Of a stretch of DNA of 64,000 bases, positions 62,748 to 64,000 are shown piece after piece (position 1 is the stretch's first letter; each line of letters opens with the position of its first letter). A program made the position numbers and the translations under genes. Source of the DNA: Selaginella moellendorffii. Its lineage: Eukaryota > Plantae > Lycopodiophyta. The stretch is taken from positions 410,078 through 474,077 of the forward strand of contig NW_003314262.1 in the NCBI RefSeq assembly GCF_000143415.4. The letters are read 5' to 3'. The notes beneath the pieces are model-generated. The model was not told where the DNA came from. It searched no databases and saw nothing but the letters and a program-made list of their open reading frames with translations.

Positions 62748-64000
62748 ATGCGGGCTCTCTTGGAGTCGCCTCCAGATCATGGAGGACGCCAGCGCTTTCA
62801 TCCAGCAACCAGTCCGTCACACTCGCCAGAGATGGCTCTCATACTCGCATTTGCGATCGGTGGCGGAGTCACTCTCCTGGTGGTGTTCGTCGTCAGCGTC
62901 CTCTTTCTCTACTACCGATTCAAGTCGAGCAAGACCAGCCCCTTCGATCCAGCAACAGTTCCTCGCCTCCAAAAGTTCTCCTACCGAGAGCTCAAGGCCG
63001 CCACAGGCTCGTTTAGCATCGAGAACAAGCTCGGGCAAGGGGGGTTTGGGCCGGTGCACAAGGGAGTTCTAAGGAATGGCCAGGTGGTGGCAGTCAAGAG
63101 CTTGGATTCGGCATCGCTCCAGGGGGAGAAAGAGTTCCAGAACGAGATGGCAGTGATAGGCAGTATCAGGTGTTCTCACATTGTCGGATTGATGGGCTAC
63201 TGCGCCGAGCGGAAGAAGAGGCTGCTGGTCTACGAGTACATGGCCAACCGGAGCTTGCAGGAGGCCCTCTTCCACGACGGCTATCCAGTGGAGCTGGACT
63301 GGAAGATGCGCTACAAGGTGATCCTGGACATCGCCCAAGCGCTCGCCTTCCTCCACTTTCGGTGCGAGCCGCCAATCATCCACGGCGACATCAAGCCCAG
63401 CAACGTTCTTCTGGACGACAAGCTTTGCGCCAGGCTTGCCGACTTCGGGCTGGCCAGAGTTAAGACGGAGGCGGCCCCAGACGTCCGGAGCGAGGACGTT
63501 CTTCTTAATGGCGAGGCCGCGCAGGATCACGACAGGGTGAAGGTGGAAAGATTTGTGAGGGACAGCGAGAAGTGGCATCACAAGAAGAAGATGAGGAAGG
63601 ATGCTCTCAGCAAGAAGAAGCGCTTGTCGGCGGGGAGTAGCGTGAGAGGGGCTCCACAACACCCAGTGGCTAGCGGCATTGATGACAAGCAGCAACAGTC
63701 AGGGGGATTCGAAGGAGTCGAGGAAAGGTTCAAGGCTCATCTTCCTCCCTGCGCAGCCTAAGTTGTGGAACGATGGTTGTTGACCAAACCGTGGAGACGA
63801 GCGCTGGAGGAATGAGGGTGGAGGAGGAGGAGGTGGGATTTTCTTTCCATAATGAGAGCGCAGCAGCAGCAGCTGCAGCGGACAACACACCGCCACCACC
63901 ATCAAGCCCTCGAGTTGATGGCGCTTGCTGGAAAGTGGAAAGCCGACGATCTCTAGGGGCCGATAGAAATGAAGATGGGACCAGCCAAGTCGTCTCTAGT
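62748..64000 (+). CDS. Receptor-like kinase with N-terminal TM helix and a long insert after DFG (RLCK-XI-like), incomplete at window end
   Basis: TM helix, FSYRELKAAT, LGQGGFG, VAVK, EFQNE, LLVYEYM, HGDIKPSNVLL, DFGLAR. In-frame TAA at 63759-63761; another frame is open from ~63686 to the end of the window. Confidence 0.88.

Overview
Eukaryotic plant nuclear DNA. Very short (~40-60 bp) GT-AG introns, tight gene spacing, a SAS-6 gene and a thylakoid lumen gene point to a land plant with flagellated sperm, probably a lycophyte such as Selaginella (inference). Gene islands alternate with decayed TE blocks. Recognisable genes: a MORN-repeat gene head-to-head with SAS-6, DUF1365, a thylakoid lumenal pentapeptide protein, an RLCK-type kinase running off the window end, tRNA-Asp(GTC), a degenerate tRNA-Arg, a WD40 gene, an orphan multi-exon gene, and PPR and APH-like pseudogenes. 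TEs: several Ty1/copia and Ty3/gypsy remnants, a nested TRIM-like element, solo LTRs and a pogo-like transposase relic. The main finding is a 12,447-bp DNA transposon (37617-50063) with perfect 24-bp TIRs and a GGTT target-site duplication, inserted between a chromovirus integrase and its chromodomain. It carries a Sola/DUF7869-like transposase and, divergently, a large spliced cargo gene (ParB-like domain, possible degenerate amino-methyltransferase fold, FCP1/HAD phosphatase-like domain). About 24 copies of a 20-bp palindrome (TGGCRTG-WGGCCY-CAYGCCA) are scattered through it, mostly one per ~50-bp intron between symmetric mini-exons. All domain calls are by-eye motif recognition; no searches were run.
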